Shown piece by piece: positions 10,506 to 20,410 of a stretch of 64,000 nucleotides of DNA (positions are counted from its first letter, which is position 1; every line of letters begins with the position of its first letter). The notes beneath the pieces were generated by a model, which was not told the origin of the DNA, did no database searches, and saw nothing but the letters and a program-made list of their open reading frames with translations. The translations under genes were made by a program, and so were the position numbers. Origin of the DNA: Alphaproteobacteria bacterium (GTDB lineage Bacteria; Pseudomonadota; Alphaproteobacteria; Bin95); NCBI GenBank assembly GCA_965205265.1, contig CBDBGH010000003.1, positions 544,001 through 608,000 on the forward strand, read 5' to 3'.

Positions 10506-11309
10506 TCAGCTTCCCGCGCCGATCAGCTCCGCATAGGCGTCGTTCACCTCGTCGATGATCTCGTCATGCATGACGCCCATGCAGGACCGGAAGCCGTAAT
10601 GCCTGACATTGCCCACTGCGTTCACGTCCTTGCAGTCGTCATAGGCGGTGCGCGCCATCGACTGCGCGCGCGGCGTTTCGCGCTCCGGTTCGGCCTCGGT
10701 CCAGGCCTTCTTCCGCTCGCCGGCCGTGGTTGGCCGGTCGGCGGGCACGCCGTTCAGCACGTCGCGGACGATCCGGGTCGCGCCGATCTGGTCCGGGTGC
10801 TCCTCAATCGCATAACGGGCGGCCTGGAGGGCGGTCGTGGCGAGGAAGGCGAGGTCCTCTTCGTCCTGCGCCCGCGGGTCGCCCGCAACCGCCTGCGGCA
10901 CGAGCATGACCGGCTCGCTGACCCGGACCGAGAGGCGCGTCACGGCGTATTCCCGCATGACGGGCGCCGGCACGGTCAGCATGACGGCGGAGTGGTCGCG
11001 CTCGGCCGTCAGGATGGCGCTGCTCTCCAGCGGCAGCACCACTTGGCTGCCGTCCGCGCGATGGCCGACCAGGCGGATCGCGCCCTGCTGGTCCGCCATC
11101 GCCAGAATGTTGTAGCGGTGGCCGAACGCCGGGTTCGGGCGGTCGGGCTGCAGGCAGAAGGTGGTGATCTCCGCCCGGCAGTCCGCGCCGGCGCAGGCGA
11201 GATGCACTTCGCCGCCGCCGGCGGCCACCATCAGGGCCTGCGGCGCGGCGGCCGCCCCTCCGGCGGCAAGGGCGAACGCGGCGGCGAGACCGGGCAATAT
11301 GCGACGCAT
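10506..11309 (-). CDS. Hypothetical secreted protein
   Basis: GGAGG RBS, signal-peptide-like MRRILPGLAAAFALAAGGAAA, several Cys residues. Confidence 0.6.
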   Translation of the reverse strand: MRRILPGLAAAFALAAGGAAAAPQALMVAAGGGEVHLACAGADCRAEITTFCLQPDRPNPAFGHRYNILAMADQQGAIRLVGHRADGSQVVLPLESSAILTAERDHSAVMLTVPAPVMREYAVTRLSVRVSEPVMLVPQAVAGDPRAQDEEDLAFLATTALQAARYAIEEHPDQIGATRIVRDVLNGVPADRPTTAGERKKAWTEAEPERETPRAQSMARTAYDDCKDVNAVGNVRHYGFRSCMGVMHDEIIDEVNDAYAELIGAGS

Positions 11310-11400
11310 CGGCTTGTTCCTCCTCCGTGCCACCCGTCGGGCTGCGACAGGACGCGCCATGCTGCGCCTCCGGGGCGCGCGCGTCAACGCCGCACCCGTT

Positions 11401-12624
11401 TCAGCCGCCGAAGGCCGCCCAGTCTATCGGCTTCGTCCGGTCCAGGCGGCGCTCCATGGCGGGCATCGGGTATTTGAGGCCGGTGGCGCAGTTGAAGAGG
11501 ACCGAGCGGGCGCCGGGGGCGAGCCGGCCCTCCGTCATGGCGCGCTTCCAGGCGGCATAGGTGGCCGCACCCTCCGGGCAGAGCAGCAGGCCCTCCTCGC
11601 GCGCCATCTCCGCCTGCGCCGCCTCGATCTCGCTGTCCGGCACCGCCACGGCGTAGCCGCCGCTCTCGCGCACGGCGTCGAGGATGAGAAAGTCGCCGAG
11701 CGCGGCCGGCACGCGGATGCCCATGGCGACGGTCTCGGCGCCCTCCCAGCGCTCGGCATGGCGTTCGCCGCGCTCGAAGGCCCGCACGATGGGCTGGCAG
11801 CCTTCCGCCTGCACGGCGATCATCTGCGGGCGCTCCGGGCCGATCAGGCCGAGGGCCTCCATCTCGGCAAACACCTTCCACATGCCGATCAGGCCGGTGC
11901 CGCCGCCGGTGGGGTAGAAGATCGCGTCCGGCAGCGTCCAGCCGAATTGTTCGGCGAGTTCGAGGCCCATCGTCTTCTTGCCCTCGATCCGGTAGGGCTC
12001 CTTCAGGGTCGAGCAGTCGAACCAGCCCATCGCCTCGCGGCCCTCGCCGACGAGCTTGCCGCAATCGTCGATATAGCCGTTCACCCGCCAGACTTCCGCG
12101 CCTTGCAACGCGATCTCGCGCACATTCACCTCGGGCGTGTCGGCCGGGCAGAACACGAAGGCCTCCATGCCCGCCCGCCGGCAATAGGCGGCGAGCGCCG
12201 CGCCGGCATTGCCGTTGGTCGGCATGGCGATGCGCCTGACGCCGAGTTCCTTCGCCATCGAGACCGCCATCACCAGCCCGCGCGCCTTGAAGGAGCCGGT
12301 CGGCAGTCGTCCCTCGTCCTTCACATAGAGGCCCTCGCCGGCGCGCGGCACGGGCACCAGTGGCGTCATCTCCTCGCCGAGGCTCACGATGTTCTCCAGC
12401 CGGCGCACGGGCAGCAGTTCGCGGTATCGCCACATGGTCGGCGCACGTGCGGCCAGCGCGTCCCGCGTCAGGGATTGCGCGGCGCCTTCCAGGTCGTAGC
12501 GCACCAGCAGCGGCTTGCCGGCCGCCGACAGGTTGTGCAGCCGGTCGGCCTCCAGCCGCTCGCCGGTATAGCCGCATTCCAGATGCGTCGCGAAGCTCCG
12601 CGTGTCCGGTGCGTGCGCCTGCAT
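11401..12624 (-). CDS. thrC: Threonine synthase-like PLP enzyme
   Basis: PTGSFKARG, PTNGNAG, EGKKT, YPTGGGTG, CPEGAA. Confidence 0.8.
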   Translation of the reverse strand: MQAHAPDTRSFATHLECGYTGERLEADRLHNLSAAGKPLLVRYDLEGAAQSLTRDALAARAPTMWRYRELLPVRRLENIVSLGEEMTPLVPVPRAGEGLYVKDEGRLPTGSFKARGLVMAVSMAKELGVRRIAMPTNGNAGAALAAYCRRAGMEAFVFCPADTPEVNVREIALQGAEVWRVNGYIDDCGKLVGEGREAMGWFDCSTLKEPYRIEGKKTMGLELAEQFGWTLPDAIFYPTGGGTGLIGMWKVFAEMEALGLIGPERPQMIAVQAEGCQPIVRAFERGERHAERWEGAETVAMGIRVPAALGDFLILDAVRESGGYAVAVPDSEIEAAQAEMAREEGLLLCPEGAATYAAWKRAMTEGRLAPGARSVLFNCATGLKYPMPAMERRLDRTKPIDWAAFGG

Positions 12625-12696
12625 CGCCCCCCTCCCTTGCGTCGATGGCGGAGCATTAGCAGATTCCCGACCCGACGCCACAGGAAGGAATGCCCC

Positions 12697-14142
12697 ATGC
12701 GCCTCGGGATCGCCGAGTTCAGCCTCGAATCCGTGACCTTCCTGCCCGAAACCACGGGCATCGATGTCTTTGAGCAGGGCGCTCTGCGGGGGCCCGATGT
12801 CATTGCCGGCAACAGGGGCGCCAATACCGCGCTCGGCGGGTTCATCGATGTCTGCGAGGCGGAGGGCGCGGCCATGCGGGGCATCGTGGCTGTCGGGGCG
12901 GGCGCGGCGGCCTCGGCCAGCGAGGAAGCGCTTTCCCGCTACACGGAAGAGATCGTGGCGGGCCTCGACGGTCTCGACGGGCTGCTGATCCACCTCCACG
13001 GCGCGCTCGCCACGCCCGCCAACCGCAAGGCGGACGCGCATGTGCTGGCCGCCATCCGCGCCGCGGCCGGGCCGGACTTCCCCGTTGCCTGCGCCATGGA
13101 CCTGCACGGCAATCTCGGTCCGGAGGTCGTCGCGGCCGCGGATGTCGTGACCGGCTACCGCTCCAGCCCGCATGTCGATATGGCCGAAACCGGCCGGCGG
13201 GCCGCGCGCATCCTGCTGGCCGCGATGCGGGGCCGCGTCCGCCCGGTCATGGCGCTTGCGAAGCCCGGCATCGTGCTGCCCAGCATCTTCACCGCAACGG
13301 CGCTCCGTCCTCTCGCCGACATCAAGCGGCAGGCCGCGGCCTGGCAGGCGCGCGAGGCGGGGCTGCTCGACGTGTCCGTGTTCTGCGGCTTCGCCTATGC
13401 GGACACGCCGGACACCGGCATGAGCGTCGTCGCCGTGGCGGACGGCGATGAGGCGCTTGCCCGGCGCGCGACGGACGATCTTTCCGAACAATGCAGCCTC
13501 AACCGCTTCCGGCTGCTCAAGCGCGAGCTTGTCCACAGCGTCGGGGACGGGCTGGACAAGGCCGCGGCGGTGGAAGGCGGGCCGGTCTGCCTGCTGGAGC
13601 ATGCCGACCGGATGAACGACAGCACCTGGACGCTCCGCGAGATGCTGGCGCGCGGCATGGGTCCTGCCTACGCGCCTTTCGTCTGCGACCCCGAAGCGGC
13701 GGCGGCCTGCATGGCGGCAGGGGCGGGCGCGCGGCTCAGGCTCGCCTTCGGCGGCAGGTCGTCGGAGAAGGCGGGCGGGCCCGTGGAGGCCGAGGTGGAG
13801 GTGCTTGAGGCGGGCGAAAAGCGCTTCCGCATTTCCGGGCCGCTCAAGACGGGCAGGGAAATCTCGCTCGGGCCCTCCGCGCTCATCCGTGCCGGCCGGA
13901 TGTGGGTCTCGCTCGTCTCCGCCAATTACTCCGCCATAGACCTCGACTGTTTCACCCGGTTCGGCCTCTCGCCGCAGGACTTCCGCTACATCCTGCTGCG
14001 CTCGAAAACGCATTTCCGCGAGGTCTATGAGCCGCTCTGTTCGGCCATCGTCATCCTGGACACGCCCGACTGGGGCCCCGCCGACCTCACCCTCCTGCCC
14101 TATGAGCACGTCCCGCCCGCCACCTTCCCGCTCGGTGAATGA
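12697..14142 (+). CDS. M81 family metallopeptidase (MlrC-like)
   Basis: LHGA, MDLHGN, PHVD, RSKTHFR motifs. Confidence 0.85.
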   Translation: MRLGIAEFSLESVTFLPETTGIDVFEQGALRGPDVIAGNRGANTALGGFIDVCEAEGAAMRGIVAVGAGAAASASEEALSRYTEEIVAGLDGLDGLLIHLHGALATPANRKADAHVLAAIRAAAGPDFPVACAMDLHGNLGPEVVAAADVVTGYRSSPHVDMAETGRRAARILLAAMRGRVRPVMALAKPGIVLPSIFTATALRPLADIKRQAAAWQAREAGLLDVSVFCGFAYADTPDTGMSVVAVADGDEALARRATDDLSEQCSLNRFRLLKRELVHSVGDGLDKAAAVEGGPVCLLEHADRMNDSTWTLREMLARGMGPAYAPFVCDPEAAAACMAAGAGARLRLAFGGRSSEKAGGPVEAEVEVLEAGEKRFRISGPLKTGREISLGPSALIRAGRMWVSLVSANYSAIDLDCFTRFGLSPQDFRYILLRSKTHFREVYEPLCSAIVILDTPDWGPADLTLLPYEHVPPATFPLGE

Positions 14143-14363
14143 CGGGTGGAGAGGCCGAAATGCGCCGGGCGTCGGGGCTTCGACTCGACCGGCCCCCTCG
14201 AAACCCGGTTGAATCCCGGCCATGCGCCCTGCCTGCAAAACCTTCGAAAGCGCTTGCCCCGGAGGCGCGAATCCGGCCGCCTTTCGCCCGCGGCCGAAGG
14301 CGCTATCATCCGCCGCCGAACCCTGAAACCCGAACGATCCCGAAACCCGAGGGGGGCTTCTTC

Positions 14364-14774
14364 TTGTCCGACTACCAGAAATGGATACCCGTCCCGACGC
14401 CGGAAACGCAGCACTTCTGGGACGGCTGCCGCGAAGGCAGGCTCCTGCTGCAACGCTGCGGCGACACCGGCAGGGCCTACTTCCCGCCGCGCCCGTTCAG
14501 CCCGTACACGGGCAGCCGCAATGTCTCGGTGTTCGAGGCGTCCGGCAAGGGCGCGCTCTACAGCTATGTCATCAACCACCGGCCGGCGAAAGGCTTCGAG
14601 GCGCCCTACGCCATCGCCATCGTCCAGCTTCCCGAGGGCGTGCGGATGATGACCAACATCGTGGAGTGCGAGCAGACGCCGGAGGCGCTCGAGCTCGACA
14701 TGCCGCTCGAGGTCTGTTTCCAGAAGATCGACGACGACATCTCGCTGCCGCTCTGGCGGCCGGCGCGCGGCTGA
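14364..14774 (+). CDS. DUF35 Zn-ribbon/OB-fold protein
   Basis: P.PETQHFWDGCREGRLLLQRC, PYAIAIVQL.EG.RMMTNIV; adjacent to a thiolase; TTG start inferred. Confidence 0.85.
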   Translation: MSDYQKWIPVPTPETQHFWDGCREGRLLLQRCGDTGRAYFPPRPFSPYTGSRNVSVFEASGKGALYSYVINHRPAKGFEAPYAIAIVQLPEGVRMMTNIVECEQTPEALELDMPLEVCFQKIDDDISLPLWRPARG

Positions 14775-14789
14775 GGGGAGGGCGGAACC

Positions 14790-15950
14790 ATGACCTACAA
14801 GCCCGGCTCCGTCGCCATAGTGGGCGCCGCCGAGACCACCGAACTCGGCAAGCTGCCCGGCATCTCGCAACTCCAGCTCCATGCCGACGCCGCGCTCAAT
14901 GCGATGGCGGATTGCGGCCTGCGCCCCGCCGATATCGACGGCATCGCGACCGCGCGCGAAGTCCCGACGGAGCTCGCCCACTATCTCGGCATCGTGCCGA
15001 AATGGGTGGACGGCACCTCTGTCGGCGGCTGCTCCTTCATGATCCATGTGCGCCATGCCTGCGCCGCCATCGAGGCGGGGCTCTGCAAGACGGTGCTCAT
15101 CACGCACGGCGAGAGCGGCCGCTCGCAGATCGGCCGGCCCGTGCAGGGCGTCGGCCCCTCCACGCAGGAGGGCCAGTTCCAGATGCCCTACGGGCCGCTC
15201 GGGCCGCCGACCATGTTCACCATCCCGGTGCTGCGCTACCTGAAGACCTACGGCGTCGGCATCGAGAAGGTCGCCAATGTGGGCGTGGTGCAGCGCAAAT
15301 GGGCGGGCTTCCATCCGCGCGCGAGCTTCCGCGACCCGATCACCATCGACGATGTGCTGAACTCGCGCATGATCGCCTGGCCGTTCCGGCTGCTGATGTG
15401 CTGTCTCGTCACCGACGGCGGCGGCGCGCTCATCCTGACGAAGGCCGACCGGGCGTCGAGCTTCCCGACGAAGCCCGTCTATATCCAGGGCATCGGCGAG
15501 AGCGTGGAGACCAGCCTCATCAGCCAGATGGAGGACTTCACCTCCTCGCGCGCCTTCCGCGTCGCCGGGCGGACGGCGTTCGAGAATGCGGGCATCACGC
15601 ACAAGGACGTGGACCACCTGATGATCTACGACGCCTTCGCGCATCTGCCGATCTACGGCCTGGAGGACCTGGGCTTCTGCGGGCGCGGCGAGGCCGGCGA
15701 CTTCATGTGGGAGGGCAACACCGCGCCCGGCGCCACCGGCTCGAACGCGCTCCCGCTCAACACCAATGGCGGCGGCCTCTCCTACATGCATTCCGGCATG
15801 TACGGCATGTATGCGCTGCAGGAGAGCGTGCGCCAGATGCGCGGGACTTCGCCCGCCCAGATCGAGGGCGCGGAACTGTCCGTCTGCCACGGGGTCGGCG
15901 GCATGTTCGCGGCCTCGGGCACGGTGGTGATGTCCAACCGGCCGGCCTGA
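14790..15950 (+). CDS. Thiolase (SCP-x/Ltp2-like)
   Basis: CCLVTDGGGA, IYDAF, NTNGGGLS. Confidence 0.9.
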   Translation: MTYKPGSVAIVGAAETTELGKLPGISQLQLHADAALNAMADCGLRPADIDGIATAREVPTELAHYLGIVPKWVDGTSVGGCSFMIHVRHACAAIEAGLCKTVLITHGESGRSQIGRPVQGVGPSTQEGQFQMPYGPLGPPTMFTIPVLRYLKTYGVGIEKVANVGVVQRKWAGFHPRASFRDPITIDDVLNSRMIAWPFRLLMCCLVTDGGGALILTKADRASSFPTKPVYIQGIGESVETSLISQMEDFTSSRAFRVAGRTAFENAGITHKDVDHLMIYDAFAHLPIYGLEDLGFCGRGEAGDFMWEGNTAPGATGSNALPLNTNGGGLSYMHSGMYGMYALQESVRQMRGTSPAQIEGAELSVCHGVGGMFAASGTVVMSNRPA

Positions 15951-15972
15951 CCGCTTGAGGGGCGCGCCTGTC

Positions 15973-16641
15973 ATGGACCTTGCCGGCCGCGTGCTTTACC
16001 GCGACGGCCTCGTCCTCGTCATCGACAAGCCCGCCGGGGTCCCGGTTCATGCCGGCCCCGGCGGCGGCCCCAATCTGGAAGAGGGCTTCGACAGCCTCCG
16101 CTTCGGCTGGAAGCGCCCGCCCGCGCTCGCCCACAGGCTCGACCGGGAGACCAGCGGCTGCCTGGTGCTGGGCCGGCACCCGAAGGCGCTCCGGCGTCTC
16201 GGCAGGCTGTTCGCCTCGGGCCGGGTGGGCAAGACCTACTGGGCCTGGACGGCAGGGGCGCCGCGGGAAGAAGCGGGGCTGATCGAGGCGCCGCTGCTCA
16301 AGCGCAGTACGCGGGCGGGCGGCTGGTCCATGCAGGTGGACGGAGAGGGCAAGGCTGCCGCCACCCGCTACCGCGTGCTCGAACGGCGGGGGGACGGCAC
16401 CGCGTGGCTCGAATGCCGGCCGCTGACGGGCCGCACGCACCAGATCCGGGCGCATCTGGCCCATCTCGGCTGCCCCGTGGTGGGCGACACGCGCTATGGC
16501 GGCCCCGAGGCTCCCCGGACGCTGCTGCACGCCCGCGCCGTAACGCTGCCGCTCCGGGATGGCCGGGAGCCGGTAACGGCGGAAGCGCCCCTGCCGGCGG
16601 ATATAGAGGCGTTCCTCGCGGGCGGCGGCCGTCAGGTATAG
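15973..16641 (+). CDS. RluA family pseudouridine synthase
   Basis: HRLDRETSG, TGRTHQIRAH, GDTRYG. Confidence 0.9.
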   Translation: MDLAGRVLYRDGLVLVIDKPAGVPVHAGPGGGPNLEEGFDSLRFGWKRPPALAHRLDRETSGCLVLGRHPKALRRLGRLFASGRVGKTYWAWTAGAPREEAGLIEAPLLKRSTRAGGWSMQVDGEGKAAATRYRVLERRGDGTAWLECRPLTGRTHQIRAHLAHLGCPVVGDTRYGGPEAPRTLLHARAVTLPLRDGREPVTAEAPLPADIEAFLAGGGRQV

Positions 16642-17600
16642 ACGAACGCCAGCGAGCGGTCGGGCTCGGCGAGCACCAGATCGACGACGGTCTCGACGGT
16701 GCTGCCGACGGGCTCCATGCCGGCCGCTTTCGCGGCATCCGTCATCGCCTGCATGGCGCGCAGGAAATTGCGGCAGACCCGGTCGTCGGGGTCCGTGTAG
16801 TCGTTGTCGTTGTGCGTGATGGCGTTGATGACCGGGATCGTCGCGCCGCGCCGGCGGACCTGGCTGACGATATTGGCGGCGATCCGCTCGTAGTCCGCCT
16901 CGGGCCAGTCGGGGCGCATGTCCCAGTGGCCGGTGAGCGTGTTCGCGTCGAGCGCGTCTGCGTCCGGATCGACGGCCTGCCACTTTGTGCCGGCCGTGAC
17001 GAGCGTGCCGGAAAAATCGACCGAAACCGGCATGTTGGCGAAGGGCAGGCTGCCGACAAGCTGGCGGAAGGCCGGATGGGCCCGGTGCGGGTCGGGCGCA
17101 GCACCCGTCCAGATGGCGTTCATGCGCGGCCATATCCGCCCCGGCATCGAGCAGGACCCGCCGCGAAAGCCGAGGTCGGCAAGCACCCGGTACATGTTGT
17201 CGTTGGCCGAGAAGGTGCCGGGCCGGAAATAGAGCGGGCGGCGCCCCATGCCCGACTGCCACATCGAGACCGCCTCGGAGACGACCGCGCGCATCTCCGG
17301 CTCCGAAAGCCCGCCGAAATGGGCCTTGTACTTGCCGTCGCGGAACTTCCAGGGATGGAGGTGCAGGCCCTCGACGCAGCAGCCCCGGCCCCTCAGCTCC
17401 TCGAACAGCCCGGCCTGCGCGACCGCGACCTCGGGATGGATGAAGAAGGAGACGGGGAAGCCGAATTCGGCGGCCCGCTCGGCATAGCCGCGGATGAACT
17501 TCTCGCTGTCGGCCCAGCTTTGGGGCCCGGTCGCTGTCGGATGGGTGTCCGGCGTCGGCGGCTCCACATCCATCGTGATGACGACATGCAGCTTGTCCAC
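16632..17600 (-). CDS. Polysaccharide deacetylase-like (NodB fold) protein
   Basis: ITMDVE, GLHLHP, FRPG motifs; GTG start. Confidence 0.55.
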   Translation of the reverse strand: MDKLHVVITMDVEPPTPDTHPTATGPQSWADSEKFIRGYAERAAEFGFPVSFFIHPEVAVAQAGLFEELRGRGCCVEGLHLHPWKFRDGKYKAHFGGLSEPEMRAVVSEAVSMWQSGMGRRPLYFRPGTFSANDNMYRVLADLGFRGGSCSMPGRIWPRMNAIWTGAAPDPHRAHPAFRQLVGSLPFANMPVSVDFSGTLVTAGTKWQAVDPDADALDANTLTGHWDMRPDWPEADYERIAANIVSQVRRRGATIPVINAITHNDNDYTDPDDRVCRNFLRAMQAMTDAAKAAGMEPVGSTVETVVDLVLAEPDRSLAFVYT

Positions 17601-17610
17601 GGGGGCCGCG

Positions 17611-18789
17611 TCAGACCCGCTTCGGCAGCATGAAGGCGCCGCAAAGGATCGCCGCTGCCGCGACCGCCAGCACGATGAACAACGCCTCGAACCCCCAGGC
17701 CTTGTGCAGCCAGGCGATCAGGTTGAGCGCCGTCGCCGCGACCGCAAAGGTCACGATATACCGGGCGGCGAAGGCGCGGGCGCGCCACTCGCTCTTCGTC
17801 ATGCGCCCGACAAGCACATCGTTGATGGGTATCTGGCCGAACACCGCCAGCATGAAGCCGACGGCGATGAAGAAGGCGAGGAGGCCGTCGGCGTGAATCA
17901 TGGCGACGAACAGCAGCGCCTGGCATGCCGCAACGCCCATGAACACCCAGCGGATCGAGTAGTTGTCCACGAGCCAGCCGACGAGAAGCTGCGCGAAGGC
18001 GGCGGCGGTGAAGGCGACAAAGGCGTAGCCGCCCACTTCCGTCGCCGAGCCGGCGAAATCGGTGAGGCGTTCGTCGAACACTTTGGGGAGCGCGAAGGTC
18101 GTGCTCTGGAAGACGAGCCCGCCCATCGCCGTCGTGAAGAAGATGATCGCGAAGACATGTATCAGGGCCGCGCGCGTCGGCGCGACGTCCGCGGCGGCCG
18201 CCGGTCTCGCCGCTGCAACCGAGGCCGGCGCGACGACGGGGCCGCCGCGCAGGAACAGCATCCAGGCGAACCCGATGGCGATGCAAACGGCGCCGGGGAC
18301 GAAAAAGGCGGCCCGCCATCCGGCGATGTCGATCAGCACGCCCGTCACCAGCGCAGCCAGCGCCACGCCCATATTGCCGTAGATGCCGTTGATCGCGATG
18401 GGGATTCCGGTGCGCCCGCGTCCCTCCACCACCATGGCGAGGCCGACGGGGTGGTAGATCGCGGCGAACACGCCGATCGCCAGCAGGCCCGCGCCGATCT
18501 GGAGCGGCGTGTCGGCGAAGCCGGTGGCGACGGTGCTGGCCCCGATGCCGAGGAAGAAGACGCTCATCATCCCCTCGCGGCTCCACTTGTCGCCGAGCCA
18601 TCCGGCCAGGAGAGCGAAGGCCCCGAACGCGACGAGGCCCGCCGTTCCGTAGGGGATCAGTTCGTCATAGGTCAGGTTCCAGGCCTCGGCCAGGAAGAGC
18701 GCCGCCACGGTGGCGAAGATCAGCATGGCGAGATGGTCGAACAGGTGCCCGACATTCAGGAACAGGAACTGCGTTGAGAAACGGGTCAT
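17611..18789 (-). CDS. MFS transporter
   Basis: About 12 hydrophobic segments, GWLGDKWSR motif A. Confidence 0.9.
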   Translation of the reverse strand: MTRFSTQFLFLNVGHLFDHLAMLIFATVAALFLAEAWNLTYDELIPYGTAGLVAFGAFALLAGWLGDKWSREGMMSVFFLGIGASTVATGFADTPLQIGAGLLAIGVFAAIYHPVGLAMVVEGRGRTGIPIAINGIYGNMGVALAALVTGVLIDIAGWRAAFFVPGAVCIAIGFAWMLFLRGGPVVAPASVAAARPAAAADVAPTRAALIHVFAIIFFTTAMGGLVFQSTTFALPKVFDERLTDFAGSATEVGGYAFVAFTAAAFAQLLVGWLVDNYSIRWVFMGVAACQALLFVAMIHADGLLAFFIAVGFMLAVFGQIPINDVLVGRMTKSEWRARAFAARYIVTFAVAATALNLIAWLHKAWGFEALFIVLAVAAAAILCGAFMLPKRV

Positions 18790-19004
18790 GCCTGAGCTGC
18801 TTTCAAACGTCCGTCATCGGGTTCCGGCACCGGATCGCCGAGTTCCCGGCTGGTGTCGATCCACAGCCGGATCGCCTCGTTGATTTCCCGGAGAGCGGCT
18901 TCCTGCGTTTCGCCGTGGGCCATGCAGCCCGGAAGTTGCGGCGCCTCGGCCACGAAAGCGCCGTCCTCGCTGCTCCAGTAGAGAACGATACCGTATTTGT
19001 ACAT
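18786..19004 (-). CDS. hicB: HicB family antitoxin (short form)
   Basis: WSSEDGAFVAEAPQLPGCMAHGETQEAAL. Confidence 0.9.
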   Translation of the reverse strand: MYKYGIVLYWSSEDGAFVAEAPQLPGCMAHGETQEAALREINEAIRLWIDTSRELGDPVPEPDDGRLKAAQA

Positions 19005-19012
19005 CGGTCCGC

Positions 19013-19258
19013 CTAGTTAAGCCTGTATTTCCGGATTATCGCACGAACCTGCCTTAACTGGTAAGGCTTTGCGTGGCTGCCGTCCCGCTGAAGGTTGATG
19101 CGCTCGATGATGCCCCGCATGACGAAAAGATGATGACTGCCGCGAGTGCGCTCTTCAAAGCCGAGTTCGAGCAGCAACCTTCGCAGGTCATCAAAGCGAA
19201 TAGCTGCGTCCGAACGACCGCTCAGGACTCTTTTGAGGAGCTTCTCGCGCTGGGTCAT
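19013..19258 (-). CDS. hicA: HicA family toxin
   Basis: GF...RGSHH, AKPYQ; directly upstream of hicB. Confidence 0.85.
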   Translation of the reverse strand: MTQREKLLKRVLSGRSDAAIRFDDLRRLLLELGFEERTRGSHHLFVMRGIIERINLQRDGSHAKPYQLRQVRAIIRKYRLN

Positions 19259-19281
19259 CGTCTGTTCAGACGTGGATGCGT

Positions 19282-20400
19282 CTAATCCGCAATCGCCATG
19301 TGGACGAAGTTCGAGACGACGTCGAGGCGTTCGCTGTGCCAGGGCTCGGGGTAGAGGCAGTTGGTGAGATAGGCGAAGGAGACGCCGGAGGCCGGGTCCG
19401 CCCAGCAATAGGAGGAGCCGACGCCGCCATGGCCGAACACGCTCTCATGGCCGAGCGAGCCGAGGCCCCGGATCGTCTCTGTGCGGCCCCTCACATGCGG
19501 GCCGATGCCGCGGTGCATCGCCATCTCGAAGCGCTCGTCCACGCGCTCGCCCGTCCAGTTGCGGGTGCAATAGGCGACGAGGCGCGGCGGGAAGAGCCGC
19601 ACGTCCTCCAGCCGTCCGCCCTGCACGAGCATCTGGTAGAAGGCCGCCATGCCCTTCGCGGTCGCATAACCGCCGCCGCCGGGTATCCCGGCGCGGCGGA
19701 TTTCGGGCGTGTTGCGCTCCGCCAGCGGCTCGAACTCGCCGCCCTCGGCCGGCGCGTGCATATCGACCGCGCGCCCGTGCTCGGAATCCGGCAGGCCGAC
19801 AAATACCTCGTTCTCCAGCCCGAGCGGCGCCGTGATCTCGTCGCGGATGAAGGCGCGGAAGTCCCGGCCGGAAACCGCCTCGATCAGCGCCGCGGCCGCC
19901 CAGTGCGCGGCCCCGGCGTGGTAGTGGACGCGGCTTCCGGGCGTCCATTCGGCCTCGAATCCGATTACGGCGCGCCGCCTCGCCTCGCGGTCCTCCCAGG
20001 CCTCCGGCGGCATGTCCGAGTTGGGAAAGCCGCCCTGGTGCGTCAGCAGTTCGAGCACGGTCTGCCGGCCCTTGCCGTGGGCCTCGAAGCCCGGCAGGTG
20101 CATGGCGACCGGGTCGGTGAAGCGCAGCCGGCCCTCGGCCACGAGTTTCCAGACTGCCGCCGCCGTAATCACCTTGGTGTTGGAGAAGAGCAGCCAGAGT
20201 GTGCCTTCCTCCGCATCCTGCGGCGGGTCGAGCCGCGCGCGGCCGAAGCGCCGGTTGAGCGCCAGCCGCCCGTGCCGGGCGACGGCGATCTCGGCGCCGG
20301 GATAGCGCCCCTCGGCGATATGGGCCTCTACCGTCTCGACCAGCCGCTCCAGCGGCCGCGGATCGAGGCCGAGCGCCCCGGCGTCCGCCATGTCCGTCAT
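19282..20400 (-). CDS. Serine hydrolase, beta-lactamase class C-like family
   Basis: FSNTK (SxxK), LLTHQGG, FGHGG. Confidence 0.85.
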   Translation of the reverse strand: MTDMADAGALGLDPRPLERLVETVEAHIAEGRYPGAEIAVARHGRLALNRRFGRARLDPPQDAEEGTLWLLFSNTKVITAAAVWKLVAEGRLRFTDPVAMHLPGFEAHGKGRQTVLELLTHQGGFPNSDMPPEAWEDREARRRAVIGFEAEWTPGSRVHYHAGAAHWAAAALIEAVSGRDFRAFIRDEITAPLGLENEVFVGLPDSEHGRAVDMHAPAEGGEFEPLAERNTPEIRRAGIPGGGGYATAKGMAAFYQMLVQGGRLEDVRLFPPRLVAYCTRNWTGERVDERFEMAMHRGIGPHVRGRTETIRGLGSLGHESVFGHGGVGSSYCWADPASGVSFAYLTNCLYPEPWHSERLDVVSNFVHMAIAD

Positions 20401-20410
20401 CGGGGCGCGC

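Noticed and set aside
14143-14230. tRNA/tmRNA-like fragment (GGGGCTTCGACTC)
   Set aside because: No cloverleaf, no GTTCGA T-loop and no CCA end; only an imperfect hairpin.
11161-14238. Very long ORFs of 993 and 945 aa (also 23293-26718, 27820-30378, 34826-37138) as fusion proteins
   Set aside because: They are N-terminal extensions through stop-poor high-GC antisense or alternative frames; the real genes start at internal RBS/start codons.
19282-20400. Serine hydrolase as an antibiotic-resistance beta-lactamase
   Set aside because: No signal peptide, and it lacks YxN and KTG; more like a family VIII esterase.
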